This document shows positions 37,515 to 50,804 of a DNA stretch of 64,000 nucleotides, one piece after another; position 1 is the stretch's first letter; each line of letters opens with the position of its first letter. The stretch is from Ramazzottius varieornatus (Eukaryota > Animalia > Tardigrada): contig BDGG01000008.1 of the NCBI GenBank assembly GCA_001949185.1, forward strand, positions 62,001 through 126,000. The letters are read 5' to 3'. The notes below the pieces were generated by a model, which did no database searches, had not been told where the DNA came from, and was given only the letters and a program-made list of their open reading frames with translations. The position numbers and the translations under genes were made by a program.

Positions 37515-38221
37515 CCCGGAGAATCGTTAGAGAATGGCACGCATGCAGGCAGCGGGTACAAATCAGGCGAGGCACCGAAGCGATGGTTGCTGCTGCAGAA
37601 GCCACAAGAGAAGGTGACACGACGCAACCTGCAGCGGTGCACCACTTGGGACTCCTGAACTTTCGGATCCTTCGCATATGGATAACACAACCTAAGATGC
37701 GACGCCGACAGAAAATTTGCTGACATAAGCATTAAGATGATTGTTAACTGAAGAAAGTCATTTCGGACTGTGTGATTTGGTCAATGGCCAAAACTGTTCA
37801 GGAATCGATTTTTTCATCTGGGGCAGTTAGGGCGAGTTGAAAAGGCTGATGCAGCCTTGTGTAGCACTCACTGAGTATCTCATGGTGTGAAGCTCATGGG
37901 CGGCAGATGAACATTAAGCGAGATATCACTTCGGCAGATTAGGGTCCACCGTTATGAATGAAGGGATATGTTCCACCACCACCTAAACATTCTAGTCTTA
38001 TTTCCACTGCCAACAATGACATGGAATCATCATGTCCACTTGTACAGATAATCAATGGCTAATTACAAGTGTAGTTCCGTATTTCAACTAGGTCAGAAAT
38101 TACGCTGTGACTACCACGTTCGCACTCCTGCTCCTCTGACTTCACGCAGATATCAATAGTACACGCCTGACCGCAGCAAGAACTCTGCAACAAAAATTCT
38201 TCCCAAAAATACACTATTGCA

Positions 38222-38379
38222 CACGCGCCTGGCCTAACTGTTGGCATGGACAAAAGAGTTGGCAGCCNNNNNNNNNNNNNNNNNNNNNNNNNNNNNNNNN
38301 NNNNNNNNNNNNNNNNNGTTGCCGCTTTCGACCGGCTGCCAGCTGTTTTTTCCATGGCACCAGTTAGGCCAGGCGCGTG
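38222..38379. mobile_element. MITE-like element with about 46-bp imperfect TIRs spanning an assembly gap (N at 38268-38317)
   Basis: CACGCGCCTGGCCTAACTG...GGCAGCC at 38222-38267 and its near reverse complement at 38334-38379; CA dinucleotide on both flanks. Confidence 0.65.
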
Positions 38380-39106
38380 CACACCCTTGCATAGGGGAAA
38401 CTCTTTCCTTGTACAGGGGCAGGTGGTCAGCCAAAGGGTGGCCACTGGTCAATCGGTACTTGTGGGTGCGCAGAGGTGCGCGTGGGTTATCGAATGCCCC
38501 TCATTAAAACCAGCAACTTGATGTTGTTGGATGCGTTCTTGAATCCATAGGAGCAAATCACCCAGTTCCATATGATTTTTTTCAACTGTTATTCTCTTAA
38601 TGGAAGCAAGGAAGAACAATAACGATTTTCGTTTCCGGTCCACATGGACCGGTGGTAAATTTTTTTGATACCAGAGCATGAGATAGTCCCCGGGGTCGGA
38701 CAACTGGTGAGCATGGATGTCAGGATGTGCCAGCAGACGACACGGACCCGCTCTGAACGAAAATCAACAATCAATCATTAGGCAAACTCCCAGGCTAGAT
38801 CATTGCACTTTCGAATTGTGCGTTATCTGATCGAACCGAAAGCAATAATTATAACATTGCATTGGTTAGTCATTGCTTGTGGAGTTTCGTGGACGGCATG
38901 GCCCGCGCTCGGCGCGCTGTCTCCCGATACACCCATGCTGATCTGCCAGCCAAGTTGAGCCAGCAAGGTCAAGGTCGGGGCCCCCTCTAACGGGGCGAAA
39001 CAGCAACAAACAATTTTTTAAGATGAAATTATTTTGTCTAAATTTCTGGATCTTCCAAGTTCTGACTTCTGACATCTCTCTCCATCTTCTCGCCGTTGAA
39101 GTGACC

Positions 39107-42100
39107 ATGGTCCATGCGGAATTATCTTACCTAAGTGCAGGATGCAACACGTCACCGCACTGTGTGGCTTGGGGACCAAACGGTATCCTGCTCTTCGGAA
39201 GCGACGTGAACATCATAGCGTGTAGCACAGTACGTGAGATCATTTCCATGTTAACAGTCTGAAACCTATTCCCAGTGAGCAAAAGGATCAAGTAGTAAGA
39301 TTAGACGTGCGTCTGGTGGCGATCACTGTGTTAATGCTTTTAGGCACGTGCCGGGAATACAACGGTGATTCACGCCGATCAGTCACTCCGGCACCATACC
39401 GGCATGGTTAACTGCGTGAGATGGATCAGCAATCTGGAGCCTGCAACAGGTAATTCGAGCTATTAGGGATAATGTATCAAAATTTGGTCGCGGACCCGGT
39501 TCGATGGACTGTGCTAACCAAGAGGGGCCGTTTACTCTAAGGGAACCGAAGTAGAAGATAATATTTCCGTTTATGCAGAGCCGGTGGATGAGTTTATTTC
39601 GTTGTCGTCCGACAAATTGTGCACCGTATGGACTGTCCAGCGCGGATTGACTGCAAGCGGAGACGAAAGAGGGTTCACGGTGAACTTGAAAAGAATATCC
39701 AGGCTGTAAAACCAATTTCATGAAAAGTTGCTTTTTTAGCATTTGGTGGTCCAACAACTGGAATGTTCTGCTGCTTTGCAAGTCGGTCGATGTGTCTACC
39801 TTCCCGGAGGATCAAACCAAGCAGAGACTAACACGAGACCCGCGATTCTAGCTGTTGCTGCGATTGACGGTACACTGTCGGTATGGAAAAGACTGAACAA
39901 GTTGGGCTTCGAACTTGTCACTTCGGTGAACTTTGGGCGTGGCTTGATTTTGGACCTGGACATCACAAACATTCCTGGTTCCAAACATCATCTGTTGGCT
40001 TGTGGTGCCGATGACGGCAAAGTTCACTTGTACAGTCTGTCGGCCGAGACTAACGAGTGTCAGAAGCTGACAGCGCTCGAAGGACATGAAGACTGGGTTC
40101 GCTCAGTCGAGTTCTCCGCCTTGGATGACAGTGGGTCAGTACATCTACTCAGCGCTAGTCAAGATTGCACTGTTCGTTTATGGACGATTCGGGAAGAACA
40201 GTCGCGAGCGTTGAAAGACGGAGATTTGTGGAATAAAGTCAATAGTAAAATCATCCGTATGCCCGGTATGAAAACAGAAACACGTCAGGCGGGAATTATA
40301 TTGCTGATATGTTCTCTCGCGTTGGCAGGAACTACAACGAACCATGTGGTTACGTTCGACACGCTTCTTCTTGGACACGAGGGATGGATCTATGGAGCTC
40401 ACTGGGCGCCGTCTGTTTTGGAGGAGTCAGGCAGAGTCAGACAGCCGTTAAGAATCCTCACGTCGTCGATGGACAAGTCGCTGGTACTGTGGGAACCACA
40501 GGAAGAATTTGGAGGAATATGGACGGAGACGGTATCGCCAACCTCGTCATATGCTAGTGCTGCATTACGACTATATTGCGCTTGTTTTGCAGGCTCAAGT
40601 GGGCGAAGTCGGGGGAAATACTCTTGGCTTCTACGGATGTCAGTTTGGTCCTGATGGGAGACTTATCCTAGCCCATAGTTTCTCGGGAAGCTTGCATGTC
40701 TGGTCAATGGCAGAAGTAAAGTTGACTTTCATTTAGACTGTAGGCAAATATGATCGAAAGATGATAGCTTTACGGCCTTAGGATGCATCGTGGAGACCTT
40801 GTGTCGTCCCTAGTGGGCACTTCGCACCTGTGAGCGATCTGAGCTGGGATCCACAAGGACGCTACATCCTCTCGACAAGCCAGGATCAGACTACACGATT
40901 GCATGCGCGGTGGATACAACCTCAGAATCCGACACAAGTAAGCGTTGTCCGGCTTGATGAAATTTCGTAGGAGCTGGCAGTTCAAACTTGTGTTTCGTTG
41001 TCCATGTTCAGTACTCTTCACAGACTGACTGGCACGAGATGAGTCGTCCACAGGTCCACGGTTATGACATGCAATGCCTCGCTCCGACAGGTCCTTTCAG
41101 CTTTGCTTCGGGAGCCGAAGAGAAAATTGTCCGTTTATTCCAAGCGCCAAAGAATTTTCTGTCCAACTTCACCAGTCTTTCCGGCGAAACTACCTCGGCT
41201 GGAATGGTACGAGTTTCTAACTACATGGGCGGTTTTCGTTAAAGAAAGTACTGTGACGTGTTGGTTATTGAACCAGGTTGCGGCTCCGGAAGGCGCTAGT
41301 GTTCCCGCATTAGGTTTGTCCAACAAGCCGATATTCGGGCACGCCAGTGGCCAAGGTGACACAAGCCAAAGGCATCCATCGGACCGCTATGCGGAAAACA
41401 CCTTCACTTCCTTGTTCATGACGCGTATGACGCGAAGTCCTATAGTATTTTCTTTGGCCTTTGAAAGTTAACCGCTGGTCTTCTGCAGAACCACCACCGG
41501 AAGAAGACCTAATCCAGAACACACTTTGGCCGGAAACGGACAAGCTATACGGACACGGCTACGAAATAGCAAGTCTGGCATGCAGTCATTCGAGCGACGG
41601 GCAGACTGTCTTGGCTTCTGCTTCAAGGGTAAGTTCAACCGAGAGTTTTCGCGGTTCATGATCATTTTATCTTTTTCGACTATTAGAAGATCGGCAAACG
41701 AACTCGTCACGGTGCGCACGTGTTCAGTCTTATTGGATTAAGGCGTGCGCCACTACTCCAGAAACTTCATAATCTAAATCAAATTGTTCGGATGCTTGAC
41801 ATACTTTTTCTAGGCTTCGAGACCCGAAGATGCAGAAATTTACCTGTGGTGCGCAACGTTAAGGTCTGTAGAGACGAGTGCACAGACGTGGAGTCTTGCC
41901 GGAAGGATCGACTGTCACACCCTGACAGTCACACAGATGGAGTTCTCCCATAACGACCAATACCTCCTTTCGGTCTCACGAGATCGGACATGGGCTCTCC
42001 ACAAAAGAGATAGCCAGAAACCCGTCCAGTACGCCACATGTGCAAAGAGTGACAAGAAGAACGGACAGTCGCGAATCATATGGACATGTGCATGGACACC

Positions 42101-42606
42101 GGACGATCGGTACTTCGCTACTGGTTCTCGGGACAAAACTGTACGTGAACTTCCGAAGAGCTATTCTGGTGTCTTTTTCTAATTTCTTCGAACGGACTAG
42201 GTTTGTGTTTTGGGTGTTCGCGAAGAACCGTCGGTTACTGTCGTTGTGGACCTTATCTATCGACTCACCTTCGACGAAGCAGTGACGGCAATATCGTTGA
42301 CGTTCGCCGAAACACAGAGGTAAATCAACGGTTCAGTTATAACTTCCGAAGGATTTTGATTGAAATGGCTTGGTTGTTAGGGTTCTGATGGCCATCGGGG
42401 AAGAGAATGGTACAATAAGGTTGTACACGTTCGACCGTGCAGGTACCGAGGAGCCTTCACCTGTTCTGGTGCTACCCGAAAGCCACAGCAGCACTGTCAA
42501 TCGACTTCGGTTCAGACCTACAGCTGGTTCTTTATACTCTTCTTACATTCAGCTGGCGACTTGTGGGAACGATAGGGCACTCAAGTTGTTCCAGATTAAT
42601 TTCTGA
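39107..42606 (+). CDS. ELP2: Elongator complex protein 2 (WD40), multi-exon
   Basis: [93 protein letters not shown]. Confidence 0.97.
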
Positions 42607-42794
42607 CCAGCTTTCCAAGTCCTGCGCCGATGAATCTACTGTAGTATTCAAGAGAAATAGTTTCTTTGTTGAAATAGTATCTGATGCCGACACGCCAGAT
42701 GAAAATCCATATAAGGGCCGGAATAAAAATTAGTACTGTAGTTTGCAAGAAAACATCGTCAGAGTCACGACGGACAAACTTCTTTAGAAACCGT

Positions 42795-44331
42795 TCATCT
42801 TTTCGAGCTTGGGTTGGCTTTAGTATCCTTCTTGATGCTGCTGGCGTACCCTCCCAAACCTCGTCCTTGACTTCCACTGGCCGAAGTCTGAAAGCATCAG
42901 AACTCAGTTATCTTCAAACCGGCGTACACCTGTGAGAACCGAATTTGAGAAGCCGGCAGACGGAACCGTACAAGATCGTTATCCCCACAGTTTCAGTCAA
43001 TAACAGTGGAAACGTGCGCTACTTGAGAGGGCGATCTCGCACATTTCGTGTGCCGTCTTGTCAATCTACCTTGGCAGTTTCCCGCTTGAACGGCTCGATG
43101 GAAGTAGTGCCCGCCGACGTACTCGGCATTTCCTTGTTCTGGACTGTCTTTGTAGCCATCGGCTTGTGCGGCTTGGGCGGTGGCGCAACCGGGATTTGTG
43201 CGACACTTGCCTGTTTATAAAATAGTAACTTTGGTAACGCTTGGAATGGCGAGAAAGAGAAAAGCAACATTGCTTACCGGTGGGGAAGGAACTGCTAGTT
43301 CTGCTGACGGAATGTTTGTAGCCTTTCTAGCACACTCCGCGGAACACTGGGCGCAATACCAGATCAAGCGAGTATCCGAAGGATCGATGTCAGTCACTTT
43401 GGGAACGTGGCATTGCTGATGAAACTTCTTGCGACAACTTTCGCAGTCCAAAAGTCGATTTCCGGGTTCTTCGCGACCTTGTCTACAAAAAAGCTGAGCT
43501 GATTGATAACGAAAAATTGCACATTCCACTTCAGAAATGTAAAGTGAACTTCAGCTTTTCGTGAACTGTTAGAAACTCACCCGCAAACGAAGCACGGGTC
43601 TTCGAGAAGCATTGCTAGATCGATGACTTCATCGACATCCATCGGAGCTCCCGAAGCGCCGGATCCAGAAGAGACTACGATATCCATGCCTTCTGATGTG
43701 CCAGCAGACAGCGTCATTGAAGTAGGTGGTGGAAGGAATTCTGGCGAGCTTGGACTCTGTAAAGTCACCACAGGCGGGGCTAGGGAAGAAATCTGCTTCA
43801 GGTCATTGCTGTTTGGGGATGCGGGTCTCTTTTTGGAGGCAGGGTTAGTCTTGACTGGGGGAATAGGCAAATTTGCTGGTATCTTTGCCGGTTGTATTTT
43901 GGCTTCCTTCTTCGGAACCTACAGCATAGTCACACACAAACGTTTCAGTTACTCTGATCTATGAGATCGTTTATTACCATCGAATTTGCGAGCGGGATGG
44001 CTGCTTCTTGTCGATCGCGCTGTTCTCGTCTGTGCGAGCATTCGTCCAGGAGTTTGAGCAGCTCGGTCTTCACGTCCTCCGCTAAACAAAAAGCGAGATT
44101 AATATTATCATAAATGGGCGTACCGTGAGATATTCGGCTAAAGCATCGCTGCCTGCACTTACGTGGACCAGTGATGATTTTCAGGCATTTCGTCATCCAG
44201 GCTGGCATGTCGGGAGAGGGCTGTAGAGGAAAATCTGGTGACGATGCTCTGCTAGATCTTCTGATCCCAGCGCTTTGCGGCTCTGGCACGTTTTCAGAAG
44301 AGCTCTGCGCCATCGACGACGTCTGATCCAT
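42795..44331 (-). CDS. INTS12: PHD-finger protein, Integrator subunit 12-like
   Basis: PHD CFVC|..NRLLDCESCRKKFHQQCHVPKVTD..DTRLIWYCAQC; N-terminal microdomain-like KCLKII..LLKLLDE; S/P-rich flanks. Confidence 0.75.
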
Positions 44332-44577
44332 TCTTCAGAGTTCCAATAGGGCGGAATCAGCCGGAAACGATTCAGTCACTTTCGCGGTAGTTCAACTTCA
44401 GTTTCAACGTATACACTTAGAGTTTCACCAAAGGTCCCAAGCTCACAGTAGATCACGGCAAACGAATTAGTAAACACAAATTTCAGATGGAAGCAAATGT
44501 ATAATAATGTCAGCGCAGAGAGGAAGGTCAGAGTATTATAACTGGAATACAATGAAGCACTGGAAGTCTGGATCCAC

Positions 44578-44862
44578 TCATTTAGCGGATGGCGCAGCTT
44601 CGGGTGCTGCGTTAGCAGCGATGTCACCGTAACCTAGTTTTGTCCAGGGTTCTTTTGCCATCAGCTCGTTCCGCATTCGGCAATCCAGATAATCTTTGGC
44701 TTCCAGACGGCACTTACTGTTGTCGTACTTGTTATCGCTGAGGCATTTCATATAAGATTCCATGTTGATCTTACACTCGCCTTCATGGTCCAAAGGGAAG
44801 CTGCCTTTATCCGGTGGCTTCGGCTTGAAAGCTTTGCTCCCCGAAAAGACGGCTTGAGACAT
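44578..44862 (-). CDS. COX19: Cytochrome c oxidase assembly protein COX19 (twin CX9C)
   Basis: [43 protein letters not shown]. Confidence 0.97.
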   Translation of the reverse strand: MSQAVFSGSKAFKPKPPDKGSFPLDHEGECKINMESYMKCLSDNKYDNSKCRLEAKDYLDCRMRNELMAKEPWTKLGYGDIAANAAPEAAPSAK

Positions 44863-45441
44863 TCAGAGAGAGAACGGAGGAACGAAGAATTTTGGAGAAT
44901 ATACACATTTAATTGTAAGAAATAAGAATCGCCAGGCCTGGAATCGCGAATCACGATCGGGACTTCCGGTCTGGCTGGGCAAGTCAATCAAGACAGCTGC
45001 TAGCCGCCAATCAAACGAATCATGCGATGTTGACTTATGACATGTCAATTTGTCAATACGTTATCATATGACATAACATGGCAAGCATCACCAGTTTGAC
45101 ATTCTGTACGAGGTCAGGGTCCTGGAAAGAATTCCGGATTCTGGTATTAGTTTCCACACTGAGTATTGAAAGAGACACGAAGAACACTGTCATTCATGTT
45201 TATTTCGAACTGCCGTAAGATGGTTAAAGACAGAAGAAAGTATGCGAATTAAACCATTTTTTGGTATTTTGGTAACAAAACTGGAGGAGGCAGTTCCTCG
45301 ACAGAAACCTCTCATGGTGCTACCTGCTAAGAGCCGTTCTACGACAGCAGATACAGCGATAACATCTAGCGTTAACAACGGCCAATTATATGGTATCGTG
45401 AAGCTACCCTGTGAGATCCAGCTAGGATAATTCGTAGACCT

Positions 45442-47373
45442 TCAGTCATCTTTATACTGGATGGATGTAACAAGGAGGACTTTCTTCGGCAATGTTTCAA
45501 AGTTTGTGGAGAAAGCTATCTTTTTCGTCTGCATATCCACTTTCTTCCTGCAAGACAATCACACGCCAAAATTTAGCAGAAACAATTACCATTAACCATT
45601 TACCATGTGAAAATTGATCGAGACGGTACTTACACTAATAAGTAGCCAATCACGCATCCTTCCGTGATGACCTTGTCGGGCGAATCGACGTTGGTTAGGT
45701 AAAGAACATGGTTGACTTGGTACTTGCCTGCAAACCATAAAAAGATTATGCTCCCTTTGTTTCGTAAGGTGAAGATCACTCAACACGAGCGGGAAGCCTC
45801 ACTTGGCTGGATAGGAACAGCAGCGGCTTTCACCGCAGAGAGATCCACGTTCGCCGGCAGGAGATCCTTGTTGATCAACTTATCTGTAAACGAAATAATT
45901 GTCTACCACAAAATGATAAGTGCGATATGTTCAGAACAGAGGACGTACTTCCTAGTTTGCACAGCATAATCTCCGAGAAGTCCACTTCGTGATAGAACGG
46001 TATCTGCTTCGGAGACCGAAGAGGATGACCGTAGATTTGGTTGCGTACTCGCCCCTCGCGGTGAGCTTTCCTTTCGTCATGACTACGTTCAGCCACACCA
46101 CCGGACTTCGGCATAGACACCAGCTGCAGATCAGGTTCCAACGCGGACTTGTCGGGATGCTCCCTAAGCTGCGTGAAGAATTTCTCGTTGATGTCTAGAC
46201 CGACGATGAAGTTAACTGAAAGAAAAAGAATAACACCAGTTAGCTAATGATATAGCTCGGTGGTGGCGGTTAGAGTATTGAATAAACCTTTGAAGGCTTT
46301 AGCGATGGTTATGATGTGCTGGTATGAGTTGGGTTTCCACGCGAAGGAGTTAATTATTAGTCCGCTCTGTCTGGCACGCTTATCCTTCTCCAGCCTCTTC
46401 TCCACAATGTCACCCAGCCTTTTGATCTGCGTGTGAAGGAGCTCCACATTATCCTCTGGAGAGATTTCCCCGTAGGGAAGGACGTATTTCCGGTGGAAGT
46501 AGTAGTCATACATCGGATCAGCCGGTCGATCGAACTGACAGCAAGCTGGCAAAATCAAACAAAACTAATATAAAAAGAAGTATCAAACTTTCACTCGCTT
46601 TTCGTAAATTGTTCACGTACCTAGAGTTCCGGGGACAGCCAAGTCGGGTTGGCTGAAGTCCAGATCGACAAAAAGCGGATTCCGTCGCTCTTCTCCTCTC
46701 ATCCGAGCAGCGTAGTTGAGCAGTATTCGGCAGAAGGTACTCCGACCGCTGTTCGCACCTCCCACCACCAGAACACGCGGACCGCCCGTGTCGTTCCTGA
46801 CAGCATCGTCTCGATGTTGTTCGAGACAGTTGTGGAAGTTGAAATACGTGATCATGACTCGGCTTTCCTTTGTCTTGTACAGCACGTCTGGGGATCCGTC
46901 TATCTGCAGGTTACAGCTTGTCCAGGACCAAATGCTAACTTTGGAGCCTTTCAAGAATGTGTAAATGCGGTCTGTGGAAAGCTCAGATCCGAAGATTTCT
47001 GCTTGTCCTCTCGACATCTGAAAAAGTACGCAACAGAATTTTCAATTTAACACAACGGGAAACCGACACCGCGAAGGAATTTTGTTAGACTACTTACCCA
47101 AACATGGACTTGGCTGGTCGACTCGACTTCGAACCTCATTTCCTCCAGGGCGTCAATGGTATGCGCTTCGGGGTTTCTTAGATCTCGCTGAAAAAGACGA
47201 GGGTGTGTAAGATCAATAGATGGCTCTACTCTCAACCTTAATCTCCAGTTACATAACGTAGTAACACCATGTCAGCACAGTGACGACACCTAAATTACCG
47301 CGAAGGCCGGGAGTTTCCCGTGGGGTCCGTGTATCTCCAGCTGCGGAAGCATTGGCGGTACCGGTTCCATCAT
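45442..47373 (-). CDS. CLP1: Cleavage factor polyribonucleotide kinase subunit Clp1 (divergent P-loop), multi-exon
   Basis: EMRFEVE, GQAEIFGSEL, GPRVLVVG..STFCRILLNYA, FVDLD..PGT, SGLIIN, PKSGGVAERS, YGHP..PF. Confidence 0.92.
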
Positions 47374-48377
47374 GTTGGACAGTAGACTCTATTCCAAAAA
47401 TCCCTGTCATGAGGGGAAAAAGAATCATACATATATATGAGAGCGAAATGTATGTACGTCACTATATAACTATAGTCTATAGTCAAACCGTCTTACCAAT
47501 TTGAAGCTTCGCTAGGCTGAGTCGTCCCCGGAACACGCCTCGAATTCTAGGGAAGGACAATCTCTGCATTGGCTCCAAGTTGGAGCCTCCAACCGTTTTC
47601 ACTTTTCCGGGTAGGTTACGCTGCAACAGATCGCCGGAAGTGATCACCGATCAGAGCAAATAACTTGGTCTTCAGTGCTCTCGAGCCGACTATCGGGTCT
47701 GCGCTTCACCTCAGTCTCGTACAGTGTACGACAAAATAAACCGTTAAAAATGGGTGTTGGATGGAGCCAGATGGATAAAGCCAATGAAATTTGCCTGTGC
47801 CGCAAAGTATAATTCTCATTGGCTCAGTTGTAAAGAAGCTCTAGCTGCAGCATTACGCCCATTCTTAACGGTTAATTTTGTCGTACACTGTACAGAGATC
47901 GTGACTTTGAGATGGGATTACATAATCGGCTGGAGAGATGAATGGGAAGAGGAGACGTGAGAGTTACACAACAGTTCACTTTTAGTACGGCCATGAACTT
48001 GTCTGCGCCATTTGCGTCACCGCAATGTTGCATGATTCACCGTTCAAGAGTAGATAAATCAAGTGCTAAATCAATCAACTCACTCAGAAGGCGACATCTT
48101 AGATCTACAACAAATCAAGAATATAGCCGATCAACTCGCAGTGGATTTGTCACCGAGAAGGCCAGAACCCAAGGGCAAGCCCTTGGCGGAACAGACCCAG
48201 AACTTGCCCTCACAAACTGACCCCGTTCTAGAAACTCGAAACTTCGAATAAAATTATCCTGGAGCATCCGTGAAGATTTCTTGAATTCGCAGCGACTCTT
48301 TTCTCTAGGAAGTCCGCGTCCCGTCGAACGAGGTGAGCGAGCTACATATTGTGCGAATACCATACCGTGCTTTGGTA

Positions 48378-49902
48378 ATGGCGGATCAAACTCAGCGCTC
48401 TCGCTCAGTATACAGTAAGTGCATTGCCTTAGTAGCCTTACATAGCTTCCCGCAGAGAGACTTCTCTGCTTCTCGTACTTTACCCGAGGGTTGGGTCTAC
48501 CTTGTGGCAGTTGTAGTTGTTTTCTACGTCAAAGGCTGACTTTCGTGTGTCGCTATTGCAGTTGGAAACCTACCATGGGATGTCAAGGAGGACGAGCTGA
48601 AAAAGATCTTTTCCCAAGTGGGGACCATCGTGAGCCTTCGTATGCCAGTTGATCCGGAAACTCAGCGTTCACGTGGATTTGCTTTCTGCGAGTACCGCGA
48701 GCAAGAATCTGTGGCTACAGCGATCAAGCACTTCAATGGATATGAACATAACGGACGGAAAATAAGAGTTGATAGTGCGTCCAACAGTTCCGAGAAGGAT
48801 GGCAAAGCAACTTCCGGTGGTTATATACAGGAGGTATGCAGTGTATTGTTCTACAGTCGGTCCGTCTTGTCGATATGTCTGCGTTACGCGACCCAATTGT
48901 AACCCATAGTTCGTGTCTTCCAGAATGAATACGGTGAACCGTGCGAACCTGTCGATACTCCGGAGAAGATAGCAAACGTAATCGGAAACTTTTCGCCAGA
49001 ACAAGTTCACGCCCTGTTAGCCGAAACGAAGAGGTCCCTACAAGAAGACCCGGAAGAAGCTAGAAGAGCCCTGGTCAACAACCCGCAAATCACCTACGCT
49101 CTTCTGCTCGCGCTGGTCCGTGGACGGTATATCTCAAAAGAACGTGGAACGGTAATGCCTTCTACCTCGATATCACAAAACATTGCCTCACCCCTGCTTA
49201 TGTATATATTCGTCCGTTGTAGGAAGCCCTAAGGAAACCCGAACCTTCCCTCGTTCCACTCTTTCCCGATAACAGGCCACCACCTGTACCGGGTTTTTCA
49301 AATCCCGTTGCAGCATTGTCCCCTGGCGGACCTAGGCCGCCATTAGTACTTCCGCCTGGACACATGAATGGAAATGCAGCTCCTCTTCAGTCGTTCCCGC
49401 CAGTTGTACCTCACACTCAGCCGCCCAGAGCACCGTTCCAGAACTCGCCACCTGTGAGACCGAACGACGCTCCACCGCATTTCGATGATCATCCTCGTGG
49501 TGGCCGAAATCGGCCTAATCGATTTGAGCAGAACGACCGGCCTTCGGGAAGTTCACGTCACGATAGAATGAACAGTGGACGCCATTCGGAGCGCAACCGG
49601 CCTTCCAGCATCCGATCGGTAAGTATCTAGCGAACACTCTTTGACTCAAACACGATTAGTTTTTCTTTGTGACAGTTCAGTTGACGTTTTGAAACGTTTT
49701 GCTTTTGTTTTCCTAGCCCACGAATAACGGCGGAGCAACGCCACCTCAGAATCCACCCGCCGCCACCAGAGAAGAACAGGAGAAAGCTGAGCTTATCATG
49801 CAGGTCTTGAAGCTGAAAGAAGAAGATATCGCTAAGATGCCTCCAGATCAACAGCGAACTGTTCGAACTCTCCGAGAGCAGTTCAAAGGCATAAACAAGT
49901 AG
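48378..49902 (+). CDS. CSTF2: Cleavage stimulation factor 64 kDa subunit (RRM + hinge + C-terminal domain)
   Basis: RSVYIGNLPW, DPETQRSRGFAFCEY, LVNNPQITYALL (hinge), QEKAELIMQVLKL..IAKMPPDQQ..LREQ. Confidence 0.95.
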
Positions 49903-50804
49903 CGTAAAAGACTTTCGATCTCGTGAAAATTCTATTTGTTCGAAAGCACCTAATCTATTTCTATTGCTTCGCGTTGTGACCGTCCACAGAGATCGCTCGC
50001 CAAACTGTAGAAGGAAGCAAGGCTTCACGCACAGTATCTTTCACGCTACATCTGTTTATGTTTCGAACACTTCTGCTCAAGCGTGAATAAACTTCGTTTT
50101 GCTGATTTGGCGCCTCGTGCATGCATTTCTTTACGCTTTACCGGCTTGGCACGTTCATTCAAGAAGGCAGTTAAACCCGCGAAACAGGCTGTAGACTATG
50201 GAGGACGATTACTCGTACAGAACGATCTCGCAGCTGAGGGGGAACAGATCCTGGAGTGTTCTCTCTCTCTTTACAAATCAGCAGTCAGCTAATTATTTAC
50301 TGGCAACTTGAAGCGTAAGGAAAACACTGATAACGTTTGCGTGAGTCTGAACTGAGAGATCGATGGATTACACAAGAAATGCATCTGTGTTGTACCGAGG
50401 AACAGCTGTAGCTGTTTTGAAGTTGAAAGACATGTGCAGAGCTTGACAAATAGGAAGTGCTGGCTCCGCAACTGGCTCCAAAGAATGCAGCGAACAGTTG
50501 GCTCAACCTTAGAGTCAGTGAGTATGGATGCCATCACAGTTTGACTTCGCTTGCAGATGAACTTGATATCAACTTTACATGAGCATCCGACTGATCGACA
50601 TTCTCCGTTGTAGTCCCTGTAGAGTCGCAAAATTTTTCAGCAAGAACTGTTAGCTATATTCGACAAAGACCCCGTGAAGACCAGCGGAGGTGAACAAAGC
50701 TTGAGCGGACTGCAACACGGTACGCTCACCTTACTTCCTGGTTTCACCTCTCCGTATAATATTATGATCAATTAGTCAATTTTTACTGTTATCCCAACAG
50801 CGCG

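Noticed and set aside
37900-38774. Possible minus-strand gene fragments around the gap
   Set aside because: Could not be joined into a coherent model; no recognisable homology.
2-47373. GTPBP3, ELP2 and CLP1 as a tRNA-maturation cluster
   Set aside because: Far apart, act in different compartments, and expected by chance among housekeeping genes.
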